Shown here piece by piece: positions 10,167 to 21,367 of a stretch of 64,000 nucleotides of DNA. The stretch comes from Candidatus Bathyarchaeota archaeon (GTDB taxonomy: Archaea > Thermoproteota > Bathyarchaeia > 40CM-2-53-6). Position numbers and translations under genes: made by a program. The notes under the pieces were generated by a model, which ran no database searches, was not told where the DNA came from, and saw only the letters and a list, made by a program, of their open reading frames with translations. The stretch spans positions 187,249 to 251,248 of the forward strand of contig CAWHWX010000004.1 in assembly GCA_963833125.1 (NCBI GenBank), given 5' to 3'. Position 1 is the first letter of the stretch. Each line of letters begins with the position of its first letter.

Positions 10167-11384
10167 GTGCAAACTAAAACAAGGCAGGTGAGCGGATGGA
10201 AAGTTACCGGTGAAATAGCCAAACGCGACCTGCTCGATTTATGGCGAGCAAAGATGCTCCTCATCTTCTTCATCATGATGCCCCTGCTCTTCATGACAAT
10301 GTTTGGTTTCATTTACCCACCCTCAGTTCAAGTAAATCCATACAGTGGGCAAATACCTTCACCATACCCAAACTTGGAGATAGCCATAATTCAACAAGAC
10401 AACGGACAGACAGCGCGTAACATTGCAGCTCAATTTATTCAAATCGCTGAATCTCAAGGAATATTCAAAGTGGATGAAATAACGGATTATTCAACAGCCA
10501 GAAATGGAATTGTCAAGGGCCAACTGTCGGGAATAGTGGTCATACCCCAAGGATTCAGCGCTGCAATTCAGGCTGACGCGCAGGCCACGGTACAAGTAAC
10601 TGTTGACCAAACAAACCCATCGGTAGCCGCTGCTGTTCAAACTGAGGTCACAGAAATTTTTGGGGCGATTGAAAGCAAAATATCAACACAATACCTTCAA
10701 AACTTTGACCCAAAAGTTGACCCAACATTCGTTCTTCAACCAATCACTGTAACCAACATTCCATTGATTCCAGGCGTCCCAACGTCCTTCGAATATCTAG
10801 CCCCTTCATTCATGGCCTTAACCGTCATTACGGGAGCATTAAACGGAGTCAGCACCGCCATCTCCAGAGAAAAAGAACAAGGAACAATGGACGGATTACT
10901 CGTCGCACCCATCCCCAGGCAATCCGTCATCTTAGGAAAAATCGTAGCGCAAACAGTACGCGGATTGATTCAAGGATTTCTAATACTTGGATTATCAATG
11001 CTATTGTTCGGAGTAGTGATTTACGGCAGCCCTATCACGATGCTTCTTGTCATGGTGCTTGGCGTTGCGAGCTTCATCGGCGTCGGCATAATCATGACCT
11101 CTCTTGCTCCTGAACAGGAAACAGCACAGATGATGACAACGCTCCTACAGTTCCCAATGATGTTTCTTAGCGGGATACTCTTCCCAATTAACCAGCTCCC
11201 TGTAGCCGTACAATACATCGGAAAGACCTTCCCTCTCTACTACGCGGCGGACGCGCTCAGAAAAGTAGTCATACTGAATGCGAGCGTGAACATCATCATG
11301 CCAGATCTGCTCGTGCTCCTAGCATACTCAGTGGTGACTATGGCAATCGCTGTACCAATCTTCAACCGAGCAATGGCAAGATGA
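10167..11384 (+). CDS. ABC-2 type permease
   Basis: SREKEQGTMDGLLVAP motif, multi-TM topology. Confidence 0.92.
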   Translation: MQTKTRQVSGWKVTGEIAKRDLLDLWRAKMLLIFFIMMPLLFMTMFGFIYPPSVQVNPYSGQIPSPYPNLEIAIIQQDNGQTARNIAAQFIQIAESQGIFKVDEITDYSTARNGIVKGQLSGIVVIPQGFSAAIQADAQATVQVTVDQTNPSVAAAVQTEVTEIFGAIESKISTQYLQNFDPKVDPTFVLQPITVTNIPLIPGVPTSFEYLAPSFMALTVITGALNGVSTAISREKEQGTMDGLLVAPIPRQSVILGKIVAQTVRGLIQGFLILGLSMLLFGVVIYGSPITMLLVMVLGVASFIGVGIIMTSLAPEQETAQMMTTLLQFPMMFLSGILFPINQLPVAVQYIGKTFPLYYAADALRKVVILNASVNIIMPDLLVLLAYSVVTMAIAVPIFNRAMAR

Positions 11385-11691
11385 CTACCCAAGGCAAGAC
11401 CTAGATATGATGGAGCCGATGGGATCGAATTTCCTTCATTCTCCCTCTTGATGCGACTCAAGTTTTCAGGCAATAAGCGAAACGATACCTACAATGAAAG
11501 TTAGGCGCCTGCTATTCCCAAAGATTGCAAACCACTCATACTGCTAGGAAGGATGCGGCGCTTATCGCGTTCGGTAAATCTGCCGTTCCATATTCAAATT
11601 TACACGTTCCTTCGCAAGTGCGTGTCTGAAAAGCTGAAGTCGCAAGTCCAACCATTAGTGGGCGACCCATTGGTCGGCTATCGAGATTTGA

Positions 11692-12828
11692 TTACAATCC
11701 GCGCCTAAACGCAAGTAACGACAATATCACCATCAAGCCAGTGAACGCCGCCAAGAAGGCAAAGTCGCCTACGACTGCCCCAAATCCCGCCCCATTGTAC
11801 ATCAATAGCCGTAGGGCATGAACCGCGTAGGTTTCAGGGTTGATTATCGATATTTCCCTCATCCAAGTGGGAGCACCATCCAGTGGGTATATCGCGCCGC
11901 TTGTATAATACAGAGTCAAGTTGATAGGGAATGATGAAAACCTGTAAACGTCGGCTGTCGAAAACCTCACCGCGTAAGCGGTCATCATAGCGATAAGTCC
12001 TAGTGAGGTGAGCCCCAGTGTGAACAATACCAGTGTCATTCCTATCAGGTCTAGTGTGGGCCGAACGCCTACCAATAAGATGGCTAAGAAGAATAATGCG
12101 AACGCTGAGATGAGCGATTTAACGACTCCTGCAAGCAGGACGCCGATGATGATCTCATATTTTTTCAGAGGAGTGACTAAGTATCCTTCGATTATTCCTC
12201 TTTCTTTATCGTTTACGAGTTGAACGCCGCCCGCGATAATTGAAACGAACATGATTGATTGAACAAATGTTCCGGGCGCCATGAATTCAATGTACAAGAA
12301 GGTTCTGTAAGAATTCTCCAAATCAACATCTATCATTGAGCCGGCCGGGGTTGATGTTTGGATTAGAGATGAGAGCTGTTGACCTGCCTTGGCAATTCCA
12401 GGACCAACGGCAGCGGAACTTAATGGATCAGTATTATCTAATGTTACTGTAATGATGACGTTCGATTTCTCACTCAATGCCGTGTCAAAACCTTCGGGAA
12501 TTAGAACTATCGCTTTGACGAGACCCGCTTGGAGCATTTGCCGTGCCGTATCCATATCGGGAACGTTTGTTAGATGAAAAGAATTCTGGCAATTTATTAC
12601 GCCCAGTTCACAACTTTGTTGATTCTGCAAAATTTGTACGAAGTTTGCTGAAAATGGGCCATAGCTTTCTTGTACGATTGCGATTGGTGCATGCGTTATT
12701 GTTCCACCAAAAGCGCTCCCGAGCAAGACCAAAGTCAGAAATGGTAAAAAAATCGTGGAGACGACGAGGAATGGTTGTCTAAGGAATTTTCGAATATCCC
12801 GCTCGCATACGGCTAAGCTGCCTTTCAA
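11692..12828 (-). CDS. ABC-2 type permease
   Basis: DKERGIIEGYLVTP motif; NPETYAVHALR; multi-TM. Confidence 0.9.
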   Translation of the reverse strand: MKGSLAVCERDIRKFLRQPFLVVSTIFLPFLTLVLLGSAFGGTITHAPIAIVQESYGPFSANFVQILQNQQSCELGVINCQNSFHLTNVPDMDTARQMLQAGLVKAIVLIPEGFDTALSEKSNVIITVTLDNTDPLSSAAVGPGIAKAGQQLSSLIQTSTPAGSMIDVDLENSYRTFLYIEFMAPGTFVQSIMFVSIIAGGVQLVNDKERGIIEGYLVTPLKKYEIIIGVLLAGVVKSLISAFALFFLAILLVGVRPTLDLIGMTLVLFTLGLTSLGLIAMMTAYAVRFSTADVYRFSSFPINLTLYYTSGAIYPLDGAPTWMREISIINPETYAVHALRLLMYNGAGFGAVVGDFAFLAAFTGLMVILSLLAFRRGL

Positions 12829-13765
12829 TCTCCCAGACTCCGACCTGTAAAGTTCAGGAAAACGTCATCTAAGGTAAGCTCGCGCAGAGTTATTGTCCGA
12901 AGTTTTCCTCCATTCGAGTCAATTAGTCCAACTATCTTCGGAACTGCTTCCGCACCATTCTTCACTAGAAATCGTTAGGTTGCTGTCCCGCCTTTTGACT
13001 TCCAAAACGAATTCTGCCCTTTCTAAGGCCTTGAGAGCAGCATCAGGGCAGGTTTGAGAAGTTGGCTTCGACTACGTCGCCTCCTGAAACTTGCCGCTTT
13101 AGTTCCGTTGGGGTTCCCAAGGCGACTACTTTGCCGTGATCGACAATAGCGAGCCTATTGCAAAGTTTCTCCGCTTCATCTAGGTAATGGGTTGTAATCA
13201 CAAGTGTGATTCCGTGCTCTTCATGGATTCGTTCAACGTATTCCAAAACTGCGGCACGGGCCTGAGGATCGAGACCTGTGGTCGGTTCATCAAGCAATAG
13301 GACTTCAGGTTCATGGACAAGGGCCCTCACAATTTCTAGACGACGTTTCATGCCTCCCGAATAACTTCCGACGGGATTTCTGGCTCGATCCTGTAACTCT
13401 ACCACTTTGAGAAGTTCCGGTATTCTTTCTTGGCGTTGCTTGCGAGACATGCCGTAATATTTCCCGTACAGATTCATGTTTTCAAGCGCCGATAACTCAT
13501 TGTCTAACGTTGACGCCTGTGTAACAACTCCTATGCGCTCACGTACTTTGTTTGCTTCATGTATAATATCCGCACCTGCGACCGTGGCCGTGCCCTCGGT
13601 GGGCACGAGAATTGTTGTTAGCATGCGGGTTAAGGTTGTTTTTCCTGCGCCGTTAGGGCCTAAGAGACCAAAAACTTCGTGTTTAATTTCGAGATTAATA
13701 TGATCAACCGCTGTGAAGTCGCCGAATTTTTTCGTAATGTCAAACGTCTGCACTGCTAGATCCAT
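12825..13765 (-). CDS. ABC-2 exporter ATP-binding subunit (frameshifted near 13045 and 12975)
   Basis: GPNGAGKTT, YSGGMKRR, LLDEPT; the C-terminal LTLDDVFLNFTGRSLGD* continues in another frame to 12825, overlapping the permease start. Confidence 0.85.
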
Positions 13766-13845
13766 TGTTGGGAACCGTCTGAAATAATTGCCTTAAGAAT
13801 CGCGCACGCACCGATCCATGCGATAATTAAGACTATCCTGTAATC

Positions 13846-14127
13846 TCAATCTTTGATGGCTTCGAGTATGCTAACCGCATTCCAAATCTTGACTCGAGTG
13901 TATGGTGGCATGTTCGGGTCTTGGCTTATGTCATCTAGAGTGGAGATTGCGTTTGCCGCCCTGACGCCTAGACTTACGTCGCCGACTTGCAGCATATCCA
14001 TGGCGCTTTTCGCTGCGCGGCGGATGTTGCGGGGCGTAGTGTTGTCGTTAGAAACGTCGTTCAGAACAACTAGGGCCTGCTTGATTCGGGCCTCGTATTC
14101 TTCCTTGCGTTTGACTTTTGTTGACAT
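13846..14127 (-). CDS. UPF0147 family archaeal protein
   Basis: DNTTPRNIRRAA...AISTLDDISQDPNMPPYTRVKIWNAVSILE. Confidence 0.9.
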   Translation of the reverse strand: MSTKVKRKEEYEARIKQALVVLNDVSNDNTTPRNIRRAAKSAMDMLQVGDVSLGVRAANAISTLDDISQDPNMPPYTRVKIWNAVSILEAIKD

Positions 14128-14285
14128 GGCGGAACACCCGCATGACAGGCGACCTTTCAACCAAACCATCCATAGGGCAATATCTAAACTCTTTCTCCAA
14201 CCGGAGGCCTCAGCTTATACCCGGGCTTTCCCTAACTTAACAAAACGTAATAGTGGTTGAGCGCATTATTCCACGGTTAACGGCC

Positions 14286-14651
14286 TTGAGCTTAGAAGTC
14301 AAGAAGATGGCTGAACTACTAAAATCCGGGGCAGCTATGCTATCTGAGACTTGCCCCGAATGTGGGACACCACTCTTTCGCAAGGGCAATGAAACCTTCT
14401 GCCCCAAATGTAACAAACCCGTCGTAATCATACAGTCCGCTGACCAAGAAAGCCGCCTAATTACGGATAGGGTGCTGGAAGATTCTGAGCAAATCTTGCT
14501 ATCGAAGATTAAAGAGCTGAATTTGGCGATGAAGAACGAAAGGGACCCCGAGAAATTAATTGCGTATGGAAACGCATTGGCGAGTTGGCTGGGGTCAATG
14601 GAGAAACTTCGCCGACTAAGAACTCAAAGCCGGAAGCATAGCACCGAGTGA
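14286..14651 (+). CDS. UPF0148 / Sjogren's syndrome autoantigen-1 family zinc-ribbon protein
   Basis: KKMAELLKSGAAMLSETCPECGTPLF...FCPKC; TTG start inferred at 14286. Confidence 0.88.
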   Translation: MSLEVKKMAELLKSGAAMLSETCPECGTPLFRKGNETFCPKCNKPVVIIQSADQESRLITDRVLEDSEQILLSKIKELNLAMKNERDPEKLIAYGNALASWLGSMEKLRRLRTQSRKHSTE

Positions 14652-14656
14652 TTTCG

Positions 14657-14893
14657 ATGAAATGCAATGATTGTGAGGGCAAGGGCACAACGGACTGTGC
14701 AGACTGTGAAGGAATGGGCACGATAGACCTTGATTGCGATAAGTGCGGCGGCGAAGGAACCATCCGCGAGACGGGAATGACCCTTCGTTGCCCCGAATGC
14801 AATGGTGAGGGGAGGATAAGCGAAGATTGCCCAGAATGTGACGGTGAAGGGCAAAAGGATTGCGAAGCTTGTGGCGGAACCGGTGAAGAATGA
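14657..14893 (+). CDS. Stand-alone DnaJ-type cysteine-rich zinc-finger protein
   Basis: Six CxxCxGxG motifs in 78 aa. Confidence 0.8.
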   Translation: MKCNDCEGKGTTDCADCEGMGTIDLDCDKCGGEGTIRETGMTLRCPECNGEGRISEDCPECDGEGQKDCEACGGTGEE

Positions 14894-14960
14894 GCCGCAG
14901 CATGAATCTCTTGAAGCAGTTTATATTCCCTAACCCATCTCTGCTGCTTGCAAGTGGTCC

Positions 14961-15853
14961 ATGATGAATCTGGGCGACAATCTTAGCGACAGTTTCGAAT
15001 ATACGAAGAAATTATTCAGTGGCTTTGGCCGTCTAATCATACTCATCGTTCTCAGTGTTATCCCCATCGTCGACTTCATAGTAATCGGCTACCAAGCCAG
15101 AGTGCTGAGGGAGTCACCTGGCACAGGAACCCCTCCGAAGCTGGAAAAGTACGGCGAGTTGTTCGTTGAGGGAGCCAAGGTCTTCTTTGCGGCCCTAATC
15201 TACATGCTAATTCCAATAATCCTCATAATAGTCGGCGGCGTCTCTATGTCTGCCGGCCTAACGTCGACGTCAGGCCTGGCGCTTGCAGGTGGACTTATGC
15301 TGGGAGGGGCGGGCGCCGTGATTCTCCTTGTCGGCATCATCCTCGTCGTACTTCTGCTGATCATTCTAGGAGTAGGCATGGCACACATGATTAAGACAGG
15401 AAAGTTCGGAAAGGCTTTCGCGTTCGGCGAGATACTGGCCATCATACGCGGGATTGGTTGGATGAAGTACATCGGTTGGATAGTTGTTGTGGTGATAATC
15501 GGCGTTGTTATTAGCGCAATTTCGGGGCTTATACCCCGTGTTGGATGGGTGATCTCCGCAATCCTCCAACCGATCTTAGGCGTCTTCGTTTTCAGGTCCA
15601 TGGGACTATTGTACAATGACGGCGCTCCACCTGAACTGAAAGCGGTTGCACCTGTCGTTAGTGGTTTGGCCTGTCCTTCTTGCGGCACGCCGCTACAGCC
15701 GCAGCATAAGTTCTGCCCGAGCTGCGGCGCCGCAGTACCCGCTCCTCTCCACCTCCAACGGCGCAGAGTGGTACGAAGTTCTGCATCAGTTGCGGCGCAA
15801 AGATTCCGACGACGGCAACTTTCTGCGGAGTATGTGGCGCGAAACAAACATAA
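14961..15853 (+). CDS. DUF4013-like membrane protein with C-terminal zinc ribbons (frameshift near 15750)
   Basis: Multi-TM N-terminal part; CPSCG...FCPSCG, then FCISCG...FCGVCG in the shifted frame ending TAA at 15853. Confidence 0.75.
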
Positions 15854-16009
15854 GCAGCACACATCTCTCGACGCTACTTGGCTCATCCTGCCTTAGAGAG
15901 AACTCTAGGGGAATTTCATTCGGGCTACGGGGGCGTGTTATACCCCGTGACTTATACCCACGTTATGTGCTGTTTTTGATTGTCAATTAGGTAAGAGGGC
16001 GCTCCATAG

Positions 16010-18268
16010 GTGTCGTTCGACCTCAGTTCCAACTCGTTACTGAGGTTAGATTCCATCGAACGCCGCTCTTATCAAGAGTCCATCGCCAAGAACGCCGTGC
16101 GCGTCAACACCTTGGTCTGCCTTCCCACGGGGTTAGGGAAGTCAATAGTCGCTGCCTACGTGGCTGCGGAAAGGCTGCAACGAATTCCAAACAAGGGCGT
16201 AGTCATGCTAGCCCCCACAAAGCCCTTGGTCCTTCAACATTTCAAAACTTTTCAGAAATTACTCAACCTTGATCCCTCATCTATGGTTTGGTTGACCGGA
16301 GAGGTTGGTCCTGACGAACGTATCGACTTGTGGCAGAAACGACTCATCTTTTCCACGCCTCAAGTTTTCATGAATGACTTGCTAACAGGCAAACTCAACC
16401 TAGACGCAATTTCGTTGATGATTTTTGATGAGGCCCACAGGGCGGTGGGCGATTATCCTTACGTTTTCATAGCCGATCGCTACTCTGCAACCGACGGCCT
16501 CATCCTAGGGTTAACCGCCTCACCTGGCTCAAGCGAACAGGATGTTCGAGAGATCTGCGACAACCTCCATCTCAAATGGGTCGAGGCACGCTCAATTCAG
16601 AGCGAGGACGTAAAACCATACGTTGGCGGAATAGAGATCAGCTGGGTTAACGTCAACCTTCCGCAAATATTCTATGACGTAAAAAGAGAACTGGAATCCT
16701 TCCTACGGGACAAACTGCGGACAATAAGGGATCACGGATACCTTGAGAGCGCGGCTATGGATAGAGTTCGACTGCGGGACGTGCTAGATGCCCGGCAACG
16801 AATACTAAGCGACGCCGCTGGCGGGAACAGGGACGCTAAGATATACTTGGCTTACGTCTACGCGGCCATTCACGCAATTCGCGCGACAGAGTTCCTGGAA
16901 ACCCAGGGCTTTCCCGCCCTGAAAGAACACCTAGACGGGTTAAGGGAGAAGGGACAGACACGGATGACGCCGGGACTGAAAATGCTTCTCGAAGACGACC
17001 GAATGAAGCAAGTAGTAACAGTGGTGAATAGCCTCGTGGCGAAAGAGGTTGACCATCCCAAAGTTACTGAACTAATCAGATCTGTACGATTGGGGTTGGG
17101 TAAGGGCGCACGCCGCATCATGGTTTTCACAAATTACCGCGCGACCGCGGCGAGGCTTGTGGAGGTCCTCAACAAGGTCGAAGGAGTTTCAGCCGTTCGA
17201 CTAGTCGGCCAAGCTTCCCGCGCCAACGACCGTGGCCTGACTCAGAAAAAACAATCCATGGTACTGGATGACTTCAAGGCGGGTACGTTCAATGTGCTCG
17301 TTGCGACGCAGATAGGGGAGGAAGGGCTTGACATCGTCGAATGCGATCAAGTCGTCTTCTACGATACCGTCCCAAGCGCGGTTCGGTACATTCAACGTCG
17401 CGGGCGAACCGGCCGAAAAGGTCCTGGGGCAGCGGTCATATTGATCGCGAAAGGAACGAGGGACGAGGCGTATTATTGGATCTCACAGCGCAGGGAGCGC
17501 GAGATGAACAGCGCTATCAAACAGTTCGTCGCGGCTCGGAGGGAGTACGCCCCCGACCAGTCAAGAATAGAGAAATTCATGTCATCAAGTTTGAAGGAAA
17601 AGAAATTGGTAGAACAAATTGTCGTAGTCGCCGATTCAAGGGAACTCGGCGCTTTGGTTACGAGGGAACTCGCCAAACTCGGCGCCCTCGTCAAATCCGA
17701 AACATTGCAAGTTGGAGATTTCGTTCTCTCCGACAGGGTTGTCGTAGAGCGAAAGGAGGTTGACGACTTCGCGTCCTCAATAATTGACGGCCGCCTATTC
17801 CAGCAAGCCGCGAAACTCAAGGACGCTTACATGAAGCCGGTGATAATTGTGGAAGGGGAATCATTGACTGGATCGGGACGCGTTCGGCCTGAAGCTATGA
17901 TGGGCGCCTACGCTAGCATTCTAATGGATTATGGGATTCCGATAATCTTAACGCAGAAACCCTCAGAGACAGCACAGTTAATGTTCGCCATCTGTCGCCG
18001 CGAACAGATCCAAGACAAACGAACCCCAAGAATAATGACAGTCGCCAAACCCAAAACACTCCAGGAAGAGCAGGAATTTGTGATCTCCAGCCTACCCAAC
18101 ATAGATAGAACCCGAGCCAAGAGGCTACTAACCTCATTTCACACACCCCAACGCGTCTTTCAAGCGTCCGAAGAAGAACTCATGTCAGTATCCGGAATAG
18201 GTGAGAAGATCTCCGAAGAGATCAGGCGGGTTCTGACAACGAATTACAAGGCTGAACCACTAGTCTAA
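16010..18268 (+). CDS. hef: Hef helicase/nuclease (SF2 DEAH helicase fused to ERCC4/XPF nuclease and HhH domain)
   Basis: PTGLGKS, DEAH, TASP, QRRGRTGR; ERCC4 GDFV...ERKEVDD; HhH GIGEK. Confidence 0.95.
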   Translation: MSFDLSSNSLLRLDSIERRSYQESIAKNAVRVNTLVCLPTGLGKSIVAAYVAAERLQRIPNKGVVMLAPTKPLVLQHFKTFQKLLNLDPSSMVWLTGEVGPDERIDLWQKRLIFSTPQVFMNDLLTGKLNLDAISLMIFDEAHRAVGDYPYVFIADRYSATDGLILGLTASPGSSEQDVREICDNLHLKWVEARSIQSEDVKPYVGGIEISWVNVNLPQIFYDVKRELESFLRDKLRTIRDHGYLESAAMDRVRLRDVLDARQRILSDAAGGNRDAKIYLAYVYAAIHAIRATEFLETQGFPALKEHLDGLREKGQTRMTPGLKMLLEDDRMKQVVTVVNSLVAKEVDHPKVTELIRSVRLGLGKGARRIMVFTNYRATAARLVEVLNKVEGVSAVRLVGQASRANDRGLTQKKQSMVLDDFKAGTFNVLVATQIGEEGLDIVECDQVVFYDTVPSAVRYIQRRGRTGRKGPGAAVILIAKGTRDEAYYWISQRREREMNSAIKQFVAARREYAPDQSRIEKFMSSSLKEKKLVEQIVVVADSRELGALVTRELAKLGALVKSETLQVGDFVLSDRVVVERKEVDDFASSIIDGRLFQQAAKLKDAYMKPVIIVEGESLTGSGRVRPEAMMGAYASILMDYGIPIILTQKPSETAQLMFAICRREQIQDKRTPRIMTVAKPKTLQEEQEFVISSLPNIDRTRAKRLLTSFHTPQRVFQASEEELMSVSGIGEKISEEIRRVLTTNYKAEPLV

Positions 18269-18285
18269 GCATTCGAGCGAAGTGG

Positions 18286-19045
18286 TTGGGTTCATTGATG
18301 AATCGGTATGACATCGAGGCTGCGTTCTACGATATCCTCTATGACCCAACTGATGACATCCCACTTTACCTTGAATACGCGTCGAAGGCAGGAGGGACTG
18401 TCCTCGAATGTGCCTGCGGAACGGGTAGGGTCCTTCTGCCCTTGGCTCGCGCCGGTCACGAGGTCACAGGTCTAGATGCCAGTTACAAAATGCTCGAAGT
18501 CCTCAAAACCAAACTGAAAAGAGAAAAGCCCGAGGTCAGGAAACGAGTTCATCTAGTCAAGGGGGATATGCGAAACTTCAAGTTACCCAAGACCTTCGCT
18601 ATGGGATACATCGCGTTTCGCGTCCTTCCTTCACAACCTGACCGTCCAAGACGAGTAGGCTTGCGTCAGACGCATGTTCGAGCATCTTCGGCCCGATGGT
18701 TGGTTCGTTATGGACGTTTTCAATCCAGACCTTTCAAGGCCTCAACATCTGGCAAGACTCGACAAAGTGAAGCAGCATGGTAAGGAGACAGTCCTCCGCT
18801 TTAACGCACAGGAAATGAACTTCAAGAATCAGACAATCAACGCCACAAATCTCTATGATTTCGTTAGCTCATCAGGTTCCGTCAAGAGGAAAGTGGTCAA
18901 CTTCCAGTTACGGTACATCTTCAAAGACGAACTCGTTAGACTATTGGAAAGAACCGGTTTCCGCGTTCAAACGATCTACGGTGGGCTAAATCATGAATCG
19001 TTCAATGAGAATAGTCCTAGGATAGTTTGCGTTGCACGAAAGTAA
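18286..19045 (+). pseudogene. Class I SAM-dependent methyltransferase, disrupted (frameshift near 18619 plus in-frame TAG at 18656-18658)
   Basis: VLECACGTGR motif I, GLDAS, GDMR; the continuation SFLHNLTVQDE*ACVRRMFEHLRPDG lies in the shifted frame. Confidence 0.7.
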
Positions 19046-19068
19046 ATCAGTCAAGCAATTATTCTGAA

Positions 19069-19939
19069 TCAAGCGCCGCCAAGCGTGACAATTAGGTCGG
19101 TTAAGAAACCTGCCGTTATTCCAATAAAGAATCCTAGCATTAGAATATCATTCGTAACTTGACGTCTTCCAGAATTGTACATTAGCATTGTCACGTAAAC
19201 TAAGGCCCCTCCTGCGAGGGCGAGGAAGAATATGTAGGCGATTGGCGATGCCCAGAGGCTCCCTAATAGGGTTCCAATGAATGTGGGCCCACCACCAACT
19301 AAACCCGCCGTTAAGAGAAAACGGTTACTCGGCCTCTTAGCTAGGCCGCTAAGAGGTGCTGCGATTCCGAAACCTTCAGTGGTGTTGTGGGCCGCGAATC
19401 CGATAATCAGCATGACAGCCAACCCTATAGCACCTGAAGCATAGGACTGCCCGATCGCCAAACCTTCACTGAAGTTGTGCGCACCGATTCCTATTGCGAT
19501 CATCATTGATAGTCTGTACGCATCCACTTGCTGTATCAGTTGTAATTCTTGACGAGCCCGACCTCCGGTTCCGCTCTCCAATTTCGTAACTTGTACGCGT
19601 CACTGCCGAGGGCGAACTGCCGGCCCTCATGTATCTTCTTCCGTACCACGTGAGACCTAGGAGACCTATTCCGATTCCTCCAAGCATCGCACCCAGGTCA
19701 ACGACGGCAACCCAAAGAGGTGCAGTGCCTGCAAAAGCACCGGTCGCTGCGTCCGCTGTAGTGGTCCAGGCGTGACTAAGGACGTCGACTATGAGGAATA
19801 TCAAAATGCCAGTCGCGAATGCGTTCAGGAACCCTTTCTTTTTCAAGCTGACTTTCTGAATAATTGCAAGCGGCATTCCTAGAAGAATCGTGAGGCCCGC
19901 GAACGCACCAAGAATTAGGACTTGAACATACGCTACCAA
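19069..19939 (-). CDS. ZIP family divalent metal transporter (frameshift near 19580)
   Basis: GIGAHNFSEGLAIG and AAHNTTEGFGIAAP ZIP motifs; split over two ORFs. Confidence 0.88.
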
Positions 19940-20205
19940 GAATGAGCACTTCCAATGTGAACGGACCGTAGGTTACGGGTTGGGCACTCAATTACTCCGT
20001 TGCAGTTTGCTGTGAGGCCCGGCAATCTTGACACCGTTTGAGTTTGTAGTTTCGTCTTAGAGCGAACGTGCGATTATTCCATACGTCATATATAACGCTC
20101 TCTCCTGACTCAACTTCGAAGTGAAAATAAATTGAATCACCTACACTCAAACTAGTCGTTAGCCTGAGGAGGGTTGAAGAACAACAAACGACATTCAACG
20201 GCAAC

Positions 20206-21196
20206 ATGAAATCTGCTCTGGAAATTCTAGGCGAATACAAAGGCGTCGTTGAAGCTGAAATTGAACGTCATATACCCAGAACCGGGGAACCACAGGAATT
20301 CTACGCTCCGGTCTGGGACCTGCTCGATCGTGGAGGAAAACGGCTCAGACCCGCCATAACTTTCTTGGCGAGCGAGTGCGTAGGCGGTCGGAAGGAAGAT
20401 GCGCTCGGCGGGGCAGCTGCAGTTGAACTTCTACACAATATGACACTGGTCCACGACGACATCGAGGACAGGAGCGAGCTTCGCCGTGGTAAACCATGCA
20501 TCCACATAATCTACGGCATACCCACTGCCATCAATGTTGGCGACTCCATGCTCATCAAGGTATTCGAGATCGCTAACTCAAGCCATATACCCCAAGACAG
20601 GTGTCACCGGCTAGTATCACAAGTCGCAAAACGCGCATATGACATAACATGGGGTCAACAATTCGAATTCAGCATGTGGAAACGCAAACACTTCACCGAA
20701 GATGAAGTAATCCGCTTATTGAAGAATAAGACCGGCGCGCTAACGGCATTATCATCAGAGGCAGGAGGAATTGCTGGAGGAGGTAGTGAAGAGCAAATCA
20801 AGTTGCTTGGTGATTTTGGTGAGACAATCGGAGTCGGTTTCCAAATAATAGATGATACGTTAAATGTTTCGGGCGACGTGAAGGAGTATGGCAAGGAAAT
20901 TGGTGGAGACATTCGAGAAGGAAAGAAAACTCTACTCACAGCCCACCTCCTAAGAACCGCCAACCCACTGGATAGAAAGACATTCGCACGCCTTCTTGGC
21001 AAGAGCAGCATCACGAAAAAGGAAACTCAAAAAGCAATTCTACCTACTAGAGAAATACGGATCGATTGATTACGCGAAAAAAGAAGCCGACTCATACCTC
21101 CGCACCGCTCTGAACCTGCTAAACAAGCTCCCGGCATCCGACGCCCGAAATAACCTAGTGTCGGTGGCGAAATTTCTGGTATCACGATCATTCTGA
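20206..21196 (+). CDS. Polyprenyl (geranylgeranyl) diphosphate synthase (frameshift near 21040)
   Basis: GGKRLRP, HDDIED...RRG, KTGAL, FQIIDD, DIREGKKT. Confidence 0.92.
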
Positions 21197-21367
21197 GAGC
21201 TGAAACGTGAATTAGATTGACGATTCTGGTTCTGTATTGAGAGCCGATGTATTGGTGCCGTGGAGTCGTGGGTGCACCAATGGTGAACATAAAGTCGTTA
21301 GATTGGTGTCCGAAACAACCATTAAATTGAACTACAAACCGTAGCTGGCCTAAATGAGGCTCCATGT

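Noticed and set aside
20120-20170. DtxR/MntR-like operator upstream of the ZIP transporter
   Set aside because: Only partial resemblance to TTAGGTTAGCCTAA; no convincing palindrome.
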